Below are positions 11,415 through 21,777 of a stretch of 64,000 bases of DNA, one piece after another. The translations under genes and the position numbers were made by a program. Under the pieces are notes generated by a model, which was given only the letters and a program-made list of their open reading frames with translations, was not told where the DNA came from and did not search any database. This DNA is from a virus: the IMG/VR virus record IMGVR_UViG_3300043429_000427. The stretch is one strand, 5' to 3'. Each line of letters starts with the position of its first letter. The stretch's first letter is position 1.

Positions 11415-13429
11415 TATAGTGCTCTTCCTTTAATATCTTGCGTTGGGTATTTAACTTCAAAAACAGCTGGGTCTAATGATGGGTATATTATTTTGTTTCT
11501 AGTTGCCTCTTTAATATTATATGCATATGTAGAGTAATTACTACCTTGCAAATTTATAACATCAACATTTTGTACAGATGAAACACCCTCTATATTTGCT
11601 ATTTCTAATTCAATTTCACTTAAATTTATAGGTTCGTTAATCTTCCATTTGGTAATATCAAAATAATTAATCAGTGCTTGATTTGCTTTTAGTAAAACTT
11701 CACGTTTATTGTAGTTAGCAAATACTGTTATTTCATAATTTACACCAATGTTAATAACAAATCCATCTAACATATTAACCGCATCTGTCAACATTCGGTA
11801 TTCTTCTAAATATGTTTTAAGATTTTGCTTAACCGCATCATTTAACACTGTTAAATTACCATTTGAATTATATCCTAATAGATACATATTAATTGCAAAT
11901 GGATTATTAAATTCGGCATTTATAGATTTTTGTTGTAAAATATACCTTTCAATTTGGTCACCAATTTCGGTATCACTTTTACCAACAGAAGATTTTACTA
12001 AATTTAAAAATTGTTGTTTAGCGGTATCATCTCTTAAAACAGCTTGAACTTTTGTATCATCCAATGCAGTATCTTGTGCTACAAATACCTTCGCTATACT
12101 ACCAAATTGAGAATCCATTGCTAGAGCTCTAATTTCATAATCTCTGCTAGTTACTGCTCTATTTTGAGAAGCGTAATTAGCAATAGCATTTTCTCTAATC
12201 TCATCAATGGTTTCTCCTCCACCCCCACCAACTGCCGGCTCCAAATTGGTAACCGCAACAGATGCTTTAGATTGATTATAAACAGGATATGTTATTGGCG
12301 TATATTGTAATAAGTTTTCATCAAATTCAATCAAACTAATTTTTGTTAAATCGTTTGTTTGAACATTTGATGCAACACCCCCACCAGACAAATAACTAAC
12401 TATTATCGTTGTATTAGCTGGAGCTATACCATATGTAGATGTTTTTAAGAAATTTGATGGGTCAAATGTTTCTCCTAACTTATCTATCGAATTGTTCAAA
12501 CCCAATCCAACATTTTTAGTAGATGGTATTAAAATTTCATCACTTGTATCTCCACTACCGCCGCCAAATCGCAATTCAACTTCACCTGTGTTTAATATTT
12601 TTGTTGTAAATCTTCTTGGTGTACGAATTAATTTTAACAAATATGGTGTAGTTTCTCTATATTGAGCTAATGTAGGGTCATTTGATTCTACATTTGGTGT
12701 TTTTGTGTATATCATATCTTGAGCCAAATATGGAACTTCATAATATACTTTATTATCAATATCAACCACCTTTGTTACTGTAATAAATTTATCATCGCTG
12801 ATTGTTATAGTTGGATTTTTTATAAAACTACCAAAAGTACTTGTTATAGTTTTAGTTTCGGCACTTATTGCTTTTACTTTTTTTGCTAAAAGATATAAAG
12901 ATGTTTCCGCTCCATTTGTTTGAAATACACTAACTTCTCTACCATTTGGGTCATTGAAATCAACATCATCGGTTGTAGTAAAAATCAAAGTATCATTCAA
13001 TGTCGATTTAACCTGCATACCTTGTTTAATTTTCAATGCATAATTAAAATCCGGTTTGTTATTAACACCAATACCAACATTTGGAACTGTTTGATATACA
13101 GTTAATGTTGTAGTTGCTGGTTTTGATATTTTTGGTTTGTATCCTAAATTTTGAGCTTGAGTTAAAACATTGTTATAATTTCCAGCTAAATTAATAAATG
13201 ATTCTTTTAATTGAGCATCCGTATAATAAGATAAAACATCACCAACAAAAGCAGCTTGTTCTAAAAACATCATACCGGGAGATGCGGTATTAAAATCATT
13301 AAATGTATCAGAATAGTATGTTTTAGTAAACTCTACTAAAGCCGCTCGAAGTGAGGCAAAATCTCTATTTAGATATTTTACATCTCTATTATTTTTACCC
13401 CAGTTTTTTTCGGTAGGAAGAAGTGCCAT
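11414..13429 (-). CDS. Baseplate wedge subunit (T4 gp6 / baseplate J-like)
   Basis: YLNRDFASLR, GMMFLEQAAFVGDVLSYY, GGGGETIDEIR..SQNRAVTSRDY motifs. Confidence 0.85.
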   Translation of the reverse strand: MALLPTEKNWGKNNRDVKYLNRDFASLRAALVEFTKTYYSDTFNDFNTASPGMMFLEQAAFVGDVLSYYTDAQLKESFINLAGNYNNVLTQAQNLGYKPKISKPATTTLTVYQTVPNVGIGVNNKPDFNYALKIKQGMQVKSTLNDTLIFTTTDDVDFNDPNGREVSVFQTNGAETSLYLLAKKVKAISAETKTITSTFGSFIKNPTITISDDKFITVTKVVDIDNKVYYEVPYLAQDMIYTKTPNVESNDPTLAQYRETTPYLLKLIRTPRRFTTKILNTGEVELRFGGGSGDTSDEILIPSTKNVGLGLNNSIDKLGETFDPSNFLKTSTYGIAPANTTIIVSYLSGGGVASNVQTNDLTKISLIEFDENLLQYTPITYPVYNQSKASVAVTNLEPAVGGGGGETIDEIRENAIANYASQNRAVTSRDYEIRALAMDSQFGSIAKVFVAQDTALDDTKVQAVLRDDTAKQQFLNLVKSSVGKSDTEIGDQIERYILQQKSINAEFNNPFAINMYLLGYNSNGNLTVLNDAVKQNLKTYLEEYRMLTDAVNMLDGFVINIGVNYEITVFANYNKREVLLKANQALINYFDITKWKINEPINLSEIELEIANIEGVSSVQNVDVINLQGSNYSTYAYNIKEATRNKIIYPSLDPAVFEVKYPTQDIKGRAL

Positions 13430-13430
13430 A

Positions 13431-13853
13431 TTATACTCTTATATTTATTGAATCTCTTGAAATATCACCAGCAAATGTGGTTGTATAATTTAATTGAACA
13501 TCTATTCTATTATTATCTCTCGATTCGTTATCGGATATTATATCAATGCTATTTACTGTAATGAATGGTAACCAAGTAGAAATTGAATTTTGTATTTCAT
13601 TTTGAATGTATGCATATGCATCGGGCCCATCTTGTTCAAATATAACTCGTCTCAAATCACATCCAAAATCAGGTACCCCCAACCTTTCTCCTCTATTTGT
13701 TAAAATTAAATTCCTTAAATCCGATTTTATTTGTTCTTTTGTTGTATAATTTACAGCAAAATACCCATTATTACCTCTGGTCATACAATCGGATACCCCA
13801 ATACTTTTGTCTTGGGTATCTATAATCAATTTTTTGGTTACACGATATGCCAT
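13431..13853 (-). CDS. Baseplate wedge subunit gp25/GPW-like
   Basis: QIKSDLRNLILTNRGERLGVPDFGCDL matches the gp25 pattern. Confidence 0.85.
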   Translation of the reverse strand: MAYRVTKKLIIDTQDKSIGVSDCMTRGNNGYFAVNYTTKEQIKSDLRNLILTNRGERLGVPDFGCDLRRVIFEQDGPDAYAYIQNEIQNSISTWLPFITVNSIDIISDNESRDNNRIDVQLNYTTTFAGDISRDSINIRV

Positions 13854-14284
13854 TATTTTTTAAACTTCTTAACTAATTGTGAGTAATCTCTGGTCATTGC
13901 TTTCATTAATACATCAACTCCCTCTGGATTTTTATGTGCCATCATTCTTGCTTGCTCTAATACAGATGGTCCACCGGCCGAAGCACCAAATTGGTCTGCC
14001 ATATTTGATTCTTCACCAAATGAGTTATCTCCGTATCCTAACATATCCGGTGTAATTCTTGGTGTATGTGGATTTGCATGTCTCTTATCAAATCTCATTT
14101 CACCCCAGCTACCATCTGTTTTGGATACTGATTGGTAATTTTCTTTTATTTGTGGTTTAGATGGTGCTTCTAATTCTTCATTTAACACCTCACGTACCGC
14201 TTTGCGTATTTCTTCTTTAAGAGTTTTTTTCATATCTTCTCTTAAAACTTTTACTAAACCTTTAATTAGTTCTGTTTGATTCAT
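13853..14284 (-). CDS. Hypothetical protein
   Basis: 143 aa ORF with upstream ATATTTATA motif. Confidence 0.5.
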   Translation of the reverse strand: MNQTELIKGLVKVLREDMKKTLKEEIRKAVREVLNEELEAPSKPQIKENYQSVSKTDGSWGEMRFDKRHANPHTPRITPDMLGYGDNSFGEESNMADQFGASAGGPSVLEQARMMAHKNPEGVDVLMKAMTRDYSQLVKKFKK

Positions 14285-14353
14285 AATAAATTGTAGTTTA
14301 TCTTATATAAATATATGTTTAGGGGATTTTGAGTTTTATATGAAATATATCTC

Positions 14354-15775
14354 CTATTCTCCAATTGATATGTGCATTGGGTCATTATTACTTAACCAAG
14401 TACATCCATTTTTCACAAAAATATCAACAACTTTTTTAAAACCTATATCGTTGGCATTCAAATCTCTTATTTTTCTATTTCCCATATAAATACCACTATT
14501 TGTATATCTACTACCAAACGGATATGATGCATAATCTGCTATATCCATTGCTAACCCCCACGCGTGATTTGAAAGTCTAGTACCATTTGTAACACTTCTT
14601 ACAACCAACCCACCTTGTGGATTTATAATATATTTTTCCAATCCTTTTTGTTTTATTTCAGAAATTGAACGATTTACAATTGATGCAAAATCTTTATGAA
14701 GTATGACATTCAATGGACCTGTTGAAGTTGGTATTTTAACTTTTACACAGTTTTTATTAATATATTTTTGATTTACTTCATACCAAATTTGATTACGTGT
14801 TTTACTTGAAATAATAAAATTTGGATAATTACCTTTCGCAGGCCATTCACCATTTCCATATTCATCATATAATACTCTATCTTTATCAGAACCACTACTT
14901 GCGGATATTTTTTGTTTTTTACTATTTGTAGCAGATGCATCAAAGTTTGTACCAATGTATACTTGATTTGGATATGATTTTTCGTAAATCTCTATTGCTT
15001 TTTTAGATGCAATAGAATCTGCTAATTTTTGTTCAAAAGCAGCAATTTCACTTTGTATTTCTTGAAGCTCTTTATCAATATCAGGATTTGGATTTGTATA
15101 TAGTTCTTCATCAATTGCCGCTCTTCTTTTAAGTAATTCTTCATATCTTGCTTGCTTTTCGGCAGAAATATTATTTGGGTTAGATGCCGAAAGTGATGAT
15201 GATTCTGTTTTTGCTGGGTCAACTGTAAATCCAGTCCAAAGTAATACGGCTGGTCCTGGTGAAGCAGGTGGTGGATATTGTGAAATAGTATTACAAATAC
15301 CGCTTATGGTTTGTAAATGTAGTGTACCTAATAATATAAACCCATCTATAAATGGGTCTGTTGAATTACTAGGTAATAATGGTAGTGGTGTTGCCGGCCA
15401 TACTCCAGGATTTGTTACTGTATTTGAAACTACTGATAAATTTAATACTGTACCTGGTGCTGGAACTATTGGTGGATTTTTACTTAATTCTGCGCCTGTC
15501 CAATATGCAACCGCACCCTTTCCCAATAAACCAAATGATTTACTATAAAATAATTCAGTTTTACTCTGATTACCGGTTGTTAATGCTATTATTATAGTAG
15601 AACGCATTAAATCGGTATTACCTTTTATAACTGTATTCTGTGTGATATTATCAATACCACGCTTCATACATTCATCATATTTTTTTGTAAAGAAATCGGC
15701 AAAATCGGATACATCATTCCACTTTGGGTTTGACATACTCAATTGTAATTCTTCCTTAAAAATACTCCAAGACAT
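14354..15775 (-). CDS. Baseplate-associated protein with C-terminal M15 peptidase (peptidoglycan hydrolase)
   Basis: R..LSNHAWGLAMDI (SxHxxGxAxD) and DPMHISI zinc-ligand motifs of M15 peptidases. Confidence 0.75.
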   Translation of the reverse strand: MSWSIFKEELQLSMSNPKWNDVSDFADFFTKKYDECMKRGIDNITQNTVIKGNTDLMRSTIIIALTTGNQSKTELFYSKSFGLLGKGAVAYWTGAELSKNPPIVPAPGTVLNLSVVSNTVTNPGVWPATPLPLLPSNSTDPFIDGFILLGTLHLQTISGICNTISQYPPPASPGPAVLLWTGFTVDPAKTESSSLSASNPNNISAEKQARYEELLKRRAAIDEELYTNPNPDIDKELQEIQSEIAAFEQKLADSIASKKAIEIYEKSYPNQVYIGTNFDASATNSKKQKISASSGSDKDRVLYDEYGNGEWPAKGNYPNFIISSKTRNQIWYEVNQKYINKNCVKVKIPTSTGPLNVILHKDFASIVNRSISEIKQKGLEKYIINPQGGLVVRSVTNGTRLSNHAWGLAMDIADYASYPFGSRYTNSGIYMGNRKIRDLNANDIGFKKVVDIFVKNGCTWLSNNDPMHISIGE

Positions 15776-17061
15776 TATATTAAGTAATTAGTTTTGGATA
15801 AACACTCTTTTAACTTGTTTCCAATTTCATTAAATGGTGCTGGGTTTATTGGACCAGGTGCAGATGGCCCCGATGGTGTTGCTATTTGCATTTGAGTTAT
15901 AGCATCCAAAAGTTTTGCCATTAGATTTACCAATTTGTTTCCTAAAATCATTTGTTGGTCTACCGTACCACTTCCTAAAAATATTTTTCCGTTTTCAACT
16001 TCAAAAACAATATCTTTAGCATTTTTTGCATTAAAAAATATATCACCAGTATGTGTAGTAAAATCAATAGTGCCAGTATCTATACTAACTATATTATTAG
16101 AAAATAGAGATATATTTTTATTTGAATACAAATACATACTATCAGCTTTACTTGATAATGTCAATCTATCACTATTGATTACAATTTGGTCACCTTGTGC
16201 CGATGCTGGAAATTTATAAGAACTTTTTGCAAAATTTACAACTGGTTTATAACTTGTTATATACTTTCCGCTTGTTATGTGTATGGATGAACCATCATTA
16301 TTTATATCTTCATCGACAATATCATATACTTTTTTAAGTCTATTATCAATTGATTCACCATTTCTTATTGTTATTGATGGGAAAAAATCACCATTTGTTC
16401 TACTATCATGCAAATAACCACTTAAACGAATTGAATTACCAAATCTTCCCTGTATTATATTATCACCTTCTTTTAATGATAACTGATGTATTCTAACATC
16501 TCTTTTAAAATAATCACCTTGAAACCCCTTTTTTACAGTTTTTTTAGTTGCACCATTTGATTCTGTTGAATTTGCAATACCACTAGCTGCAACTTCATTT
16601 ATTTGAGAAGAGTTTGTTTGCGAAATATCGCTTTCGTTTGATGTTTTTTTTGTTAAGGCTACTAATGTTTGATTGGTATTAAAATTTGGTGTATTACTAT
16701 AATTAGTTAATGTATAATAAAATAAACCAGATATTTTTTGAACAAATACCATTTCACCAACCACCGGGACCATTTGGTTAGTTTTACTTAATGGATAAGC
16801 AATTGGTAGTTTATTTTCATTTATCTCTACGGCAGATGGAAACCTAAAACGAATAGCGCCATATATATTTCCATTTTTTGTGATATATTCATTTGTTGGA
16901 TATTCTTCGTATAGTTTATCAATTGGATTTAATGTATTTTCTATAATATCATCAAATGATGTAATTACACTATGGACGATAGCAGCAGTTTCGGATTGCT
17001 TTGTTCCATATGATGTTAGAGATGATGTAGAGGTATGTCCTCTATTATATTCAAAAGCCAT
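15775..17061 (-). CDS. Baseplate spike/hub (gp5/gpV-like)
   Basis: OB-fold-like AYPL..VPVVGEMV; EGDNIIQGRFGNSIRL; beta-helix-like C-terminus with ILGNKL..TPSGPS. Confidence 0.65.
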   Translation of the reverse strand: MAFEYNRGHTSTSSLTSYGTKQSETAAIVHSVITSFDDIIENTLNPIDKLYEEYPTNEYITKNGNIYGAIRFRFPSAVEINENKLPIAYPLSKTNQMVPVVGEMVFVQKISGLFYYTLTNYSNTPNFNTNQTLVALTKKTSNESDISQTNSSQINEVAASGIANSTESNGATKKTVKKGFQGDYFKRDVRIHQLSLKEGDNIIQGRFGNSIRLSGYLHDSRTNGDFFPSITIRNGESIDNRLKKVYDIVDEDINNDGSSIHITSGKYITSYKPVVNFAKSSYKFPASAQGDQIVINSDRLTLSSKADSMYLYSNKNISLFSNNIVSIDTGTIDFTTHTGDIFFNAKNAKDIVFEVENGKIFLGSGTVDQQMILGNKLVNLMAKLLDAITQMQIATPSGPSAPGPINPAPFNEIGNKLKECLSKTNYLI

Positions 17062-17062
17062 T

Positions 17063-17479
17063 TTACTTTATCCCTCTTCTTAAATTTTCTAATTCTTCTT
17101 CTATTTCCTCTAACTTTTCATCAGTCTTTTGCTCAATCTTCAACGCAGTATCTTCAACTTCTGCCATCAACTCTTTTCTTTCTTCTTCACTCATAAATCC
17201 AACTTCACCAGCGCTTTTACCTTCCGCAAGAATCAATCGTTGAGCAATAGTTGCCATCTTAACTAAATGGTCATCATTACTAATTGATGAATTGATTAAC
17301 GCTGTAATCATTGGTGTCAATTGTATAGCATCTTGTGGATTACGAATCAATTTCCGTAGTTCCTCAATAAGACCTGAAATGTTTTTCTTTTTACCTTGCT
17401 GGTTTTCGTATATATCTTTTAATAGGGAAGAAAATGATTTTCCCTTAAAGATTTCAAAATCCATATCAATATTACCCAT
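17063..17479 (-). CDS. Hypothetical helical protein
   Basis: Likely start MGNIDMD at 17479; the longer ORF would overlap a terminator and a promoter motif. Confidence 0.5.
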   Translation of the reverse strand: MGNIDMDFEIFKGKSFSSLLKDIYENQQGKKKNISGLIEELRKLIRNPQDAIQLTPMITALINSSISNDDHLVKMATIAQRLILAEGKSAGEVGFMSEEERKELMAEVEDTALKIEQKTDEKLEEIEEELENLRRGIK

Positions 17480-17513
17480 AATAACTCTTTGTTTAGTATA
17501 AATATTAGACATA

Positions 17514-17540
17514 GAAAAAAGGTGGTATAAGACCACCTTC
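17514..17540 (-). terminator. Intrinsic terminator
   Basis: AAGGTGGT/ACCACCTT stem plus T-run on the minus strand. Confidence 0.65.
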
Positions 17541-17543
17541 TAA

Positions 17544-18272
17544 CTATCGCTTAATTGTTTTTGCCCAAAATGGGTCTCTTTCATCGTCCATTATATCACC
17601 TTCATCCAAAAATTGGTCATATAATCTAACTTGCGTTTCTTTCATTTTGGCCACAACCTTTGTAATGTAATGCGTTTTGTGACCAGTCATTTCCCTAACT
17701 AAAAGATATAATGATTTTTTATTGAAACTTTCAATATATTCTGCTCTACGAAATAACTCTAAAATAGAATCTGCAATTTGAATATCTCTTTTCTTTGTAA
17801 AAATACGATTTAAATTCTCATCCCAATATTCGAGCATTCTATCGTTAAAGATTTTGAACTCTTCATTGTGAGTTGTTTCTTTGAAATCATTTTCAGGATT
17901 CCAATTCTCTGGCATCTCTGAAATCTTTGATGTACTTTTGTATCTTTTGTAATTAGAATTGTTATTTAAGATTAAATAGTTTCTAACTGCAATTGTAAAG
18001 TATGAGAATGCTTTTCCTTTATCTTGTTGGTATTTGTGAATTTTTTCCAATAAGAAAGAAATGACTTCTTGTTTCGTATCTTCTTTATCATCATCAAAGT
18101 AAGTAAACTTCCAAGTGTTTAAAACATTCTCCGCTAACTTATAAAAAGAATAGTAGATGTGGTCTCTAAACAATCGGTTTCGTTCTCTTTCATCCGTTGA
18201 GTTATTATAAGCAATGATGGCTGCTTCCGTTTCTTCCGTAAAGTAACGGGTATCTTTTTTCTTCCTTCCCAC
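17544..18272 (-). CDS. Phage late sigma factor (T4 gp55-like)
   Basis: KLAENVLN..FTY..EDTKQE..KY..KGKAFSYFTIAVRNYLI is a sigma region-2 pattern typical of gp55-like factors. Confidence 0.7.
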   Translation of the reverse strand: MGRKKKDTRYFTEETEAAIIAYNNSTDERERNRLFRDHIYYSFYKLAENVLNTWKFTYFDDDKEDTKQEVISFLLEKIHKYQQDKGKAFSYFTIAVRNYLILNNNSNYKRYKSTSKISEMPENWNPENDFKETTHNEEFKIFNDRMLEYWDENLNRIFTKKRDIQIADSILELFRRAEYIESFNKKSLYLLVREMTGHKTHYITKVVAKMKETQVRLYDQFLDEGDIMDDERDPFWAKTIKR

Positions 18273-18544
18273 TATTCCTCCTCTTTTTTACCAAACTCCG
18301 AATTTAATAGTTGTTCGTTTCTCTCTACTATTTCTTTCAAATCTGCAAATACAGAACCTACTTCATCATCGGATTCAAATGCTCCTGTGGAATCTATCTC
18401 TTTCATAGTAGTATAAATTCCTCTGAATATGTTTAAATTGCTTTCAATCTCATCTTCCAAAACTTCCAACTTACGAAATAAGTTATAGTTCACATATATA
18501 GAACAAATTAGAAGCGAAGATATTATAAATGTAGTTACTATCAT
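18272..18544 (-). CDS. Small membrane-anchored protein
   Basis: N-terminal hydrophobic helix followed by coiled coil. Confidence 0.5.
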   Translation of the reverse strand: MIVTTFIISSLLICSIYVNYNLFRKLEVLEDEIESNLNIFRGIYTTMKEIDSTGAFESDDEVGSVFADLKEIVERNEQLLNSEFGKKEEE

Positions 18545-18546
18545 AA

Positions 18547-19164
18547 TTAAATTACTTCATATCCCATTTGTAGGTACTCTTGAACTTTCTTTTTCTTAAC
18601 CATTTCCGTTTTACCTTGTGGGGATTTTAACATTAACTTTTCATTTCTACCCAAAGTTTCGTAAGCAGTTTTGTGAACAGTTGTTGTATATTGTCTATCA
18701 CGAATAGTTAAACCATTTAAATGGTCAATCTCATGCTGAACACAAATTGCTTCTAACAAATCAACATCATCCATTAACTCATAACCATCTTTGTATTCTC
18801 TACGATGTGTACCAAAGTGTAACTCTTCCGAATAGTTATCAGCTTTAATAGTAACCTCATAGTTACGAATTGTTTTTAATGGTTTTTCTAATGTTTTTGG
18901 AATAGATAAACAACCTTCTAAATAGATTACAGTATCCTCACTACTTTTAACAATAGTTGGATTAACCAAAATCATAGGTTCTTCTCTTACATTGATTACA
19001 CAAATTCTTTTATTTAATCCAATTTGGTTAGCACTCATACCTAAACACTTATGTTCTGCGATAGCAGTTAAAAGTGCAGCAGATGCTAACTCTTGTTCAA
19101 TCTTACTAAATTTAGTATTAGCGATTGGTTGTTTTAACGCATGAATATCTGTTACTAATTTCAT
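18547..19164 (-). CDS. def: Peptide deformylase
   Basis: GMSANQIG, EGCLSIP and QHEIDHLNG motifs. Confidence 0.92.
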   Translation of the reverse strand: MKLVTDIHALKQPIANTKFSKIEQELASAALLTAIAEHKCLGMSANQIGLNKRICVINVREEPMILVNPTIVKSSEDTVIYLEGCLSIPKTLEKPLKTIRNYEVTIKADNYSEELHFGTHRREYKDGYELMDDVDLLEAICVQHEIDHLNGLTIRDRQYTTTVHKTAYETLGRNEKLMLKSPQGKTEMVKKKKVQEYLQMGYEVI

Positions 19165-19235
19165 TTCTTTTATTTTTTATTTACTTTTACAAATATACAA
19201 CTTTTAATTGGGTTTACCAAATAATTGTTAGGTTT

Positions 19236-19886
19236 TTAATAATCATAGTGAGAGTGTCTATCTCTGAACAATGCAAAATCAATCATTCTTTCTCGTTTTA
19301 TTTTATCTTGCAAACCTTTTTCGTTTATATGTTCCCAAAAGTTTTGCTCACTCCTATCTATAAATTGAGAATGTAAATGTTTGTTGTAGTAATTTGTAAA
19401 CAAATCAGAATAAACCTTTACATAGTTTTCATAACTACTTATTCCCCAACTATCATCCCACATATGTGAACCAGCCCAAGCTGCTTCTGATACATAAATG
19501 AAATCTTTATCTAATTGTGTAAAATCTATTTTGTGTCTGAAAAATATATCGTATCTAGTTCTAATAACAAAATCATAGTGTGTATTAGTTTCATCTACAT
19601 ATTCTTTTAGAACATCACATCCACCTTGCGTTGAATACCACATTGGTGCATTGTTTTGGAATTTAGGTAAACCCGTTTTGCCAATGTAATAATCTTCAAA
19701 GTTGTTTTGTGGTTCAACTTTTACTCTCTTAAAATCATAACAATCAAAACACTCTGTTATTACACCACTATGCCAAATATGCCCAAATACATCAACATCG
19801 TTTCCATCCAATATATTTTGTTGGAATGAATTAAAGTTTTCTTTTACATGCCGAGGTTGGCCATAAAATACTAATGCTATTTTCAT
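19236..19886 (-). CDS. Putative glycosyltransferase (GT-A-like)
   Basis: MKIALVFYGQPR..DVDVFGHIW..YDFVIRTRYDI pattern; sugar-cluster context. Confidence 0.55.
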   Translation of the reverse strand: MKIALVFYGQPRHVKENFNSFQQNILDGNDVDVFGHIWHSGVITECFDCYDFKRVKVEPQNNFEDYYIGKTGLPKFQNNAPMWYSTQGGCDVLKEYVDETNTHYDFVIRTRYDIFFRHKIDFTQLDKDFIYVSEAAWAGSHMWDDSWGISSYENYVKVYSDLFTNYYNKHLHSQFIDRSEQNFWEHINEKGLQDKIKRERMIDFALFRDRHSHYDY

Positions 19887-20317
19887 TTGTAATTATTTAT
19901 ATAATCTGAACATACACCTATACACTCCGAAATACTTTCGTTATGGATTTCAGGCATTACTGCAATACTACCAACTATTGGTTGTTTACCCGAATGAACC
20001 CACATATAGTTTTTTGATGTTAAAACCATAGTATCGTTTTCATGCCAAAAGTAATTAAATAACCCCATCATATTAAACCACTCTATTGCTTCAACATTTT
20101 TACAATGTATCCACAATTTTTCATAACGAGTGCTTAACCAATTCCATATAACTTTATATTGGGGTTCATCGTGACCTAAATAAAATTCATTATCAATCAT
20201 CCACACATCAATTTCCACATCGAATCCAGCGTTAATTGCTTCATCAATGTAATCTGGATGATTTTCGTTGTTGGGTATTCTACCAGTTAGATTTCCTCTA
20301 TGAGATATGAGTATCAT
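19883..20317 (-). CDS. PLC-like / glycerophosphodiester phosphodiesterase-fold protein
   Basis: ISHRGN, GFDVEIDVW, YLGHD, WIHCKN motifs. Confidence 0.7.
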   Translation of the reverse strand: MILISHRGNLTGRIPNNENHPDYIDEAINAGFDVEIDVWMIDNEFYLGHDEPQYKVIWNWLSTRYEKLWIHCKNVEAIEWFNMMGLFNYFWHENDTMVLTSKNYMWVHSGKQPIVGSIAVMPEIHNESISECIGVCSDYINNYK

Positions 20318-20630
20318 AATGTTTATCGTTTTTAGTTGCTGGGTCTTTGATTACTAATAAGATTGTATCCTCCGAATAAGTTACATAGCTCTTATCACCT
20401 CTCTCATACACAAATATATCGCCACTAACCAATTCCTTTCCATCTACAACTGCTTTACCTGATAAAACTATATTGTATTCGGTATGGTTTAGGTGATAGT
20501 GCCCATCACCTCCCTCGCCTGCTTTTAGAAACAAAACACCAACATCGTTGGTTTCGGTTTGAAACAAAGAAGGTTGGAAATTACCAACCAACCAACCTCC
20601 CTTAAAGTTTTTTATATTATCAATTTTCAT
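20298..20630 (-). CDS. Cupin-domain protein (possible sugar epimerase)
   Basis: HYH..HTEYNIVLSG..GDIFV cupin motif. Confidence 0.7.
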   Translation of the reverse strand: MKIDNIKNFKGGWLVGNFQPSLFQTETNDVGVLFLKAGEGGDGHYHLNHTEYNIVLSGKAVVDGKELVSGDIFVYERGDKSYVTYSEDTILLVIKDPATKNDKHYDTHIS

Positions 20631-21777
20631 TTAATCTCTGAACTCTGTTTATATGTCTACCACCATCAAATGTATTATTTTGTATTTTATCAATACACTT
20701 TTCCATTAAATCTTTATCTATATTCTTTTCGGAAAATGCAAATACATTTGAACATCCGTGTCTAACTGCCATCTCTGCCGTCCACTCATCTGAAATTAGG
20801 GATGAACGAATACCTTTTTGTTTATTTGCTGCCATATTAACACCCTGTCCACTTCTGCAAAATACAAATCCAAAATCACAATATTTGTCTTGAATAAATT
20901 GAGTAACTGATTTTACATAATCGTTGTAATCACAATCTTTCTTTACATAAGTTCCAAAGTCAATATACTTCAATCCTTTCTCATCTAATATTTGTTTTGT
21001 AATTTCTTTTAACTCAAAGCCAGAATGGTCTGAACATAAACCGATTGGCTTTTCACCAAACTTTTTGTTTACATGATTTTTGAAAAAGTTTAGTTCATTT
21101 GGTGTACCCATTAGATACATCTTTTCAACTTGCTTTGTTCTAACCTTTAATCCATCTTCAATCATTAAGTTATACAAAGGGCAAACATAGAACTCATTAT
21201 TAGTTCGTAAGTTTTTATCAATCATTTTCTCCGCATACTTTACAAATATACTACCCTCTTTGAAATAGTAAATACCAACTGCTGCGTTTTCACTTATCAC
21301 TTCCTTTTCAGCAGTTCTCAACACCAATCCGTTATCATCCAACTCTGCGTATGAATATGCTGGATTGTTTGCCTTAAATGTTAAAATAAATCCATCAGAG
21401 TCTTTATCAACATCATTTATACTAAATTTGTTTTGAAAATGAACATCCAATGTGTAGATAACCAATTCTTGTTCGTTATTGATAAAATCTTTTGCCAATA
21501 AGCAAGATGCTACTGTACCACTTGTTATTTTATCCGTTTCAACTATTTTAATATCCTCACCAAATTTATTTCTTAAAATGGTATCCATTCCAAAGTTGTA
21601 AACATGCTCCTTACGAACAACAAATACCATATCGTATTCATCTTTGTTGATTGATAAAAAAGACCAATCAATAATGTGTTTATCGTCCACCATAATAAGT
21701 GGCTTTGGCATGTGGAAACCATCATCCACAAATCTCTGTCCTTTTCCTGCAATTGGTACTAATAATATTGGTTTCAT
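20620..21777 (-). CDS. Sugar nucleotidyltransferase (BcbE-like) fused to RpiB-type sugar-phosphate isomerase
   Basis: N-terminal PIAGKGQRF..PKPLI, AEKEVIS, EFYVCP; C-terminal SDHSGFELKE, DYNDY, CRSGQGVNMAANK, GGRH..RV. Confidence 0.85.
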   Translation of the reverse strand: MKPILLVPIAGKGQRFVDDGFHMPKPLIMVDDKHIIDWSFLSINKDEYDMVFVVRKEHVYNFGMDTILRNKFGEDIKIVETDKITSGTVASCLLAKDFINNEQELVIYTLDVHFQNKFSINDVDKDSDGFILTFKANNPAYSYAELDDNGLVLRTAEKEVISENAAVGIYYFKEGSIFVKYAEKMIDKNLRTNNEFYVCPLYNLMIEDGLKVRTKQVEKMYLMGTPNELNFFKNHVNKKFGEKPIGLCSDHSGFELKEITKQILDEKGLKYIDFGTYVKKDCDYNDYVKSVTQFIQDKYCDFGFVFCRSGQGVNMAANKQKGIRSSLISDEWTAEMAVRHGCSNVFAFSEKNIDKDLMEKCIDKIQNNTFDGGRHINRVQRLNEN

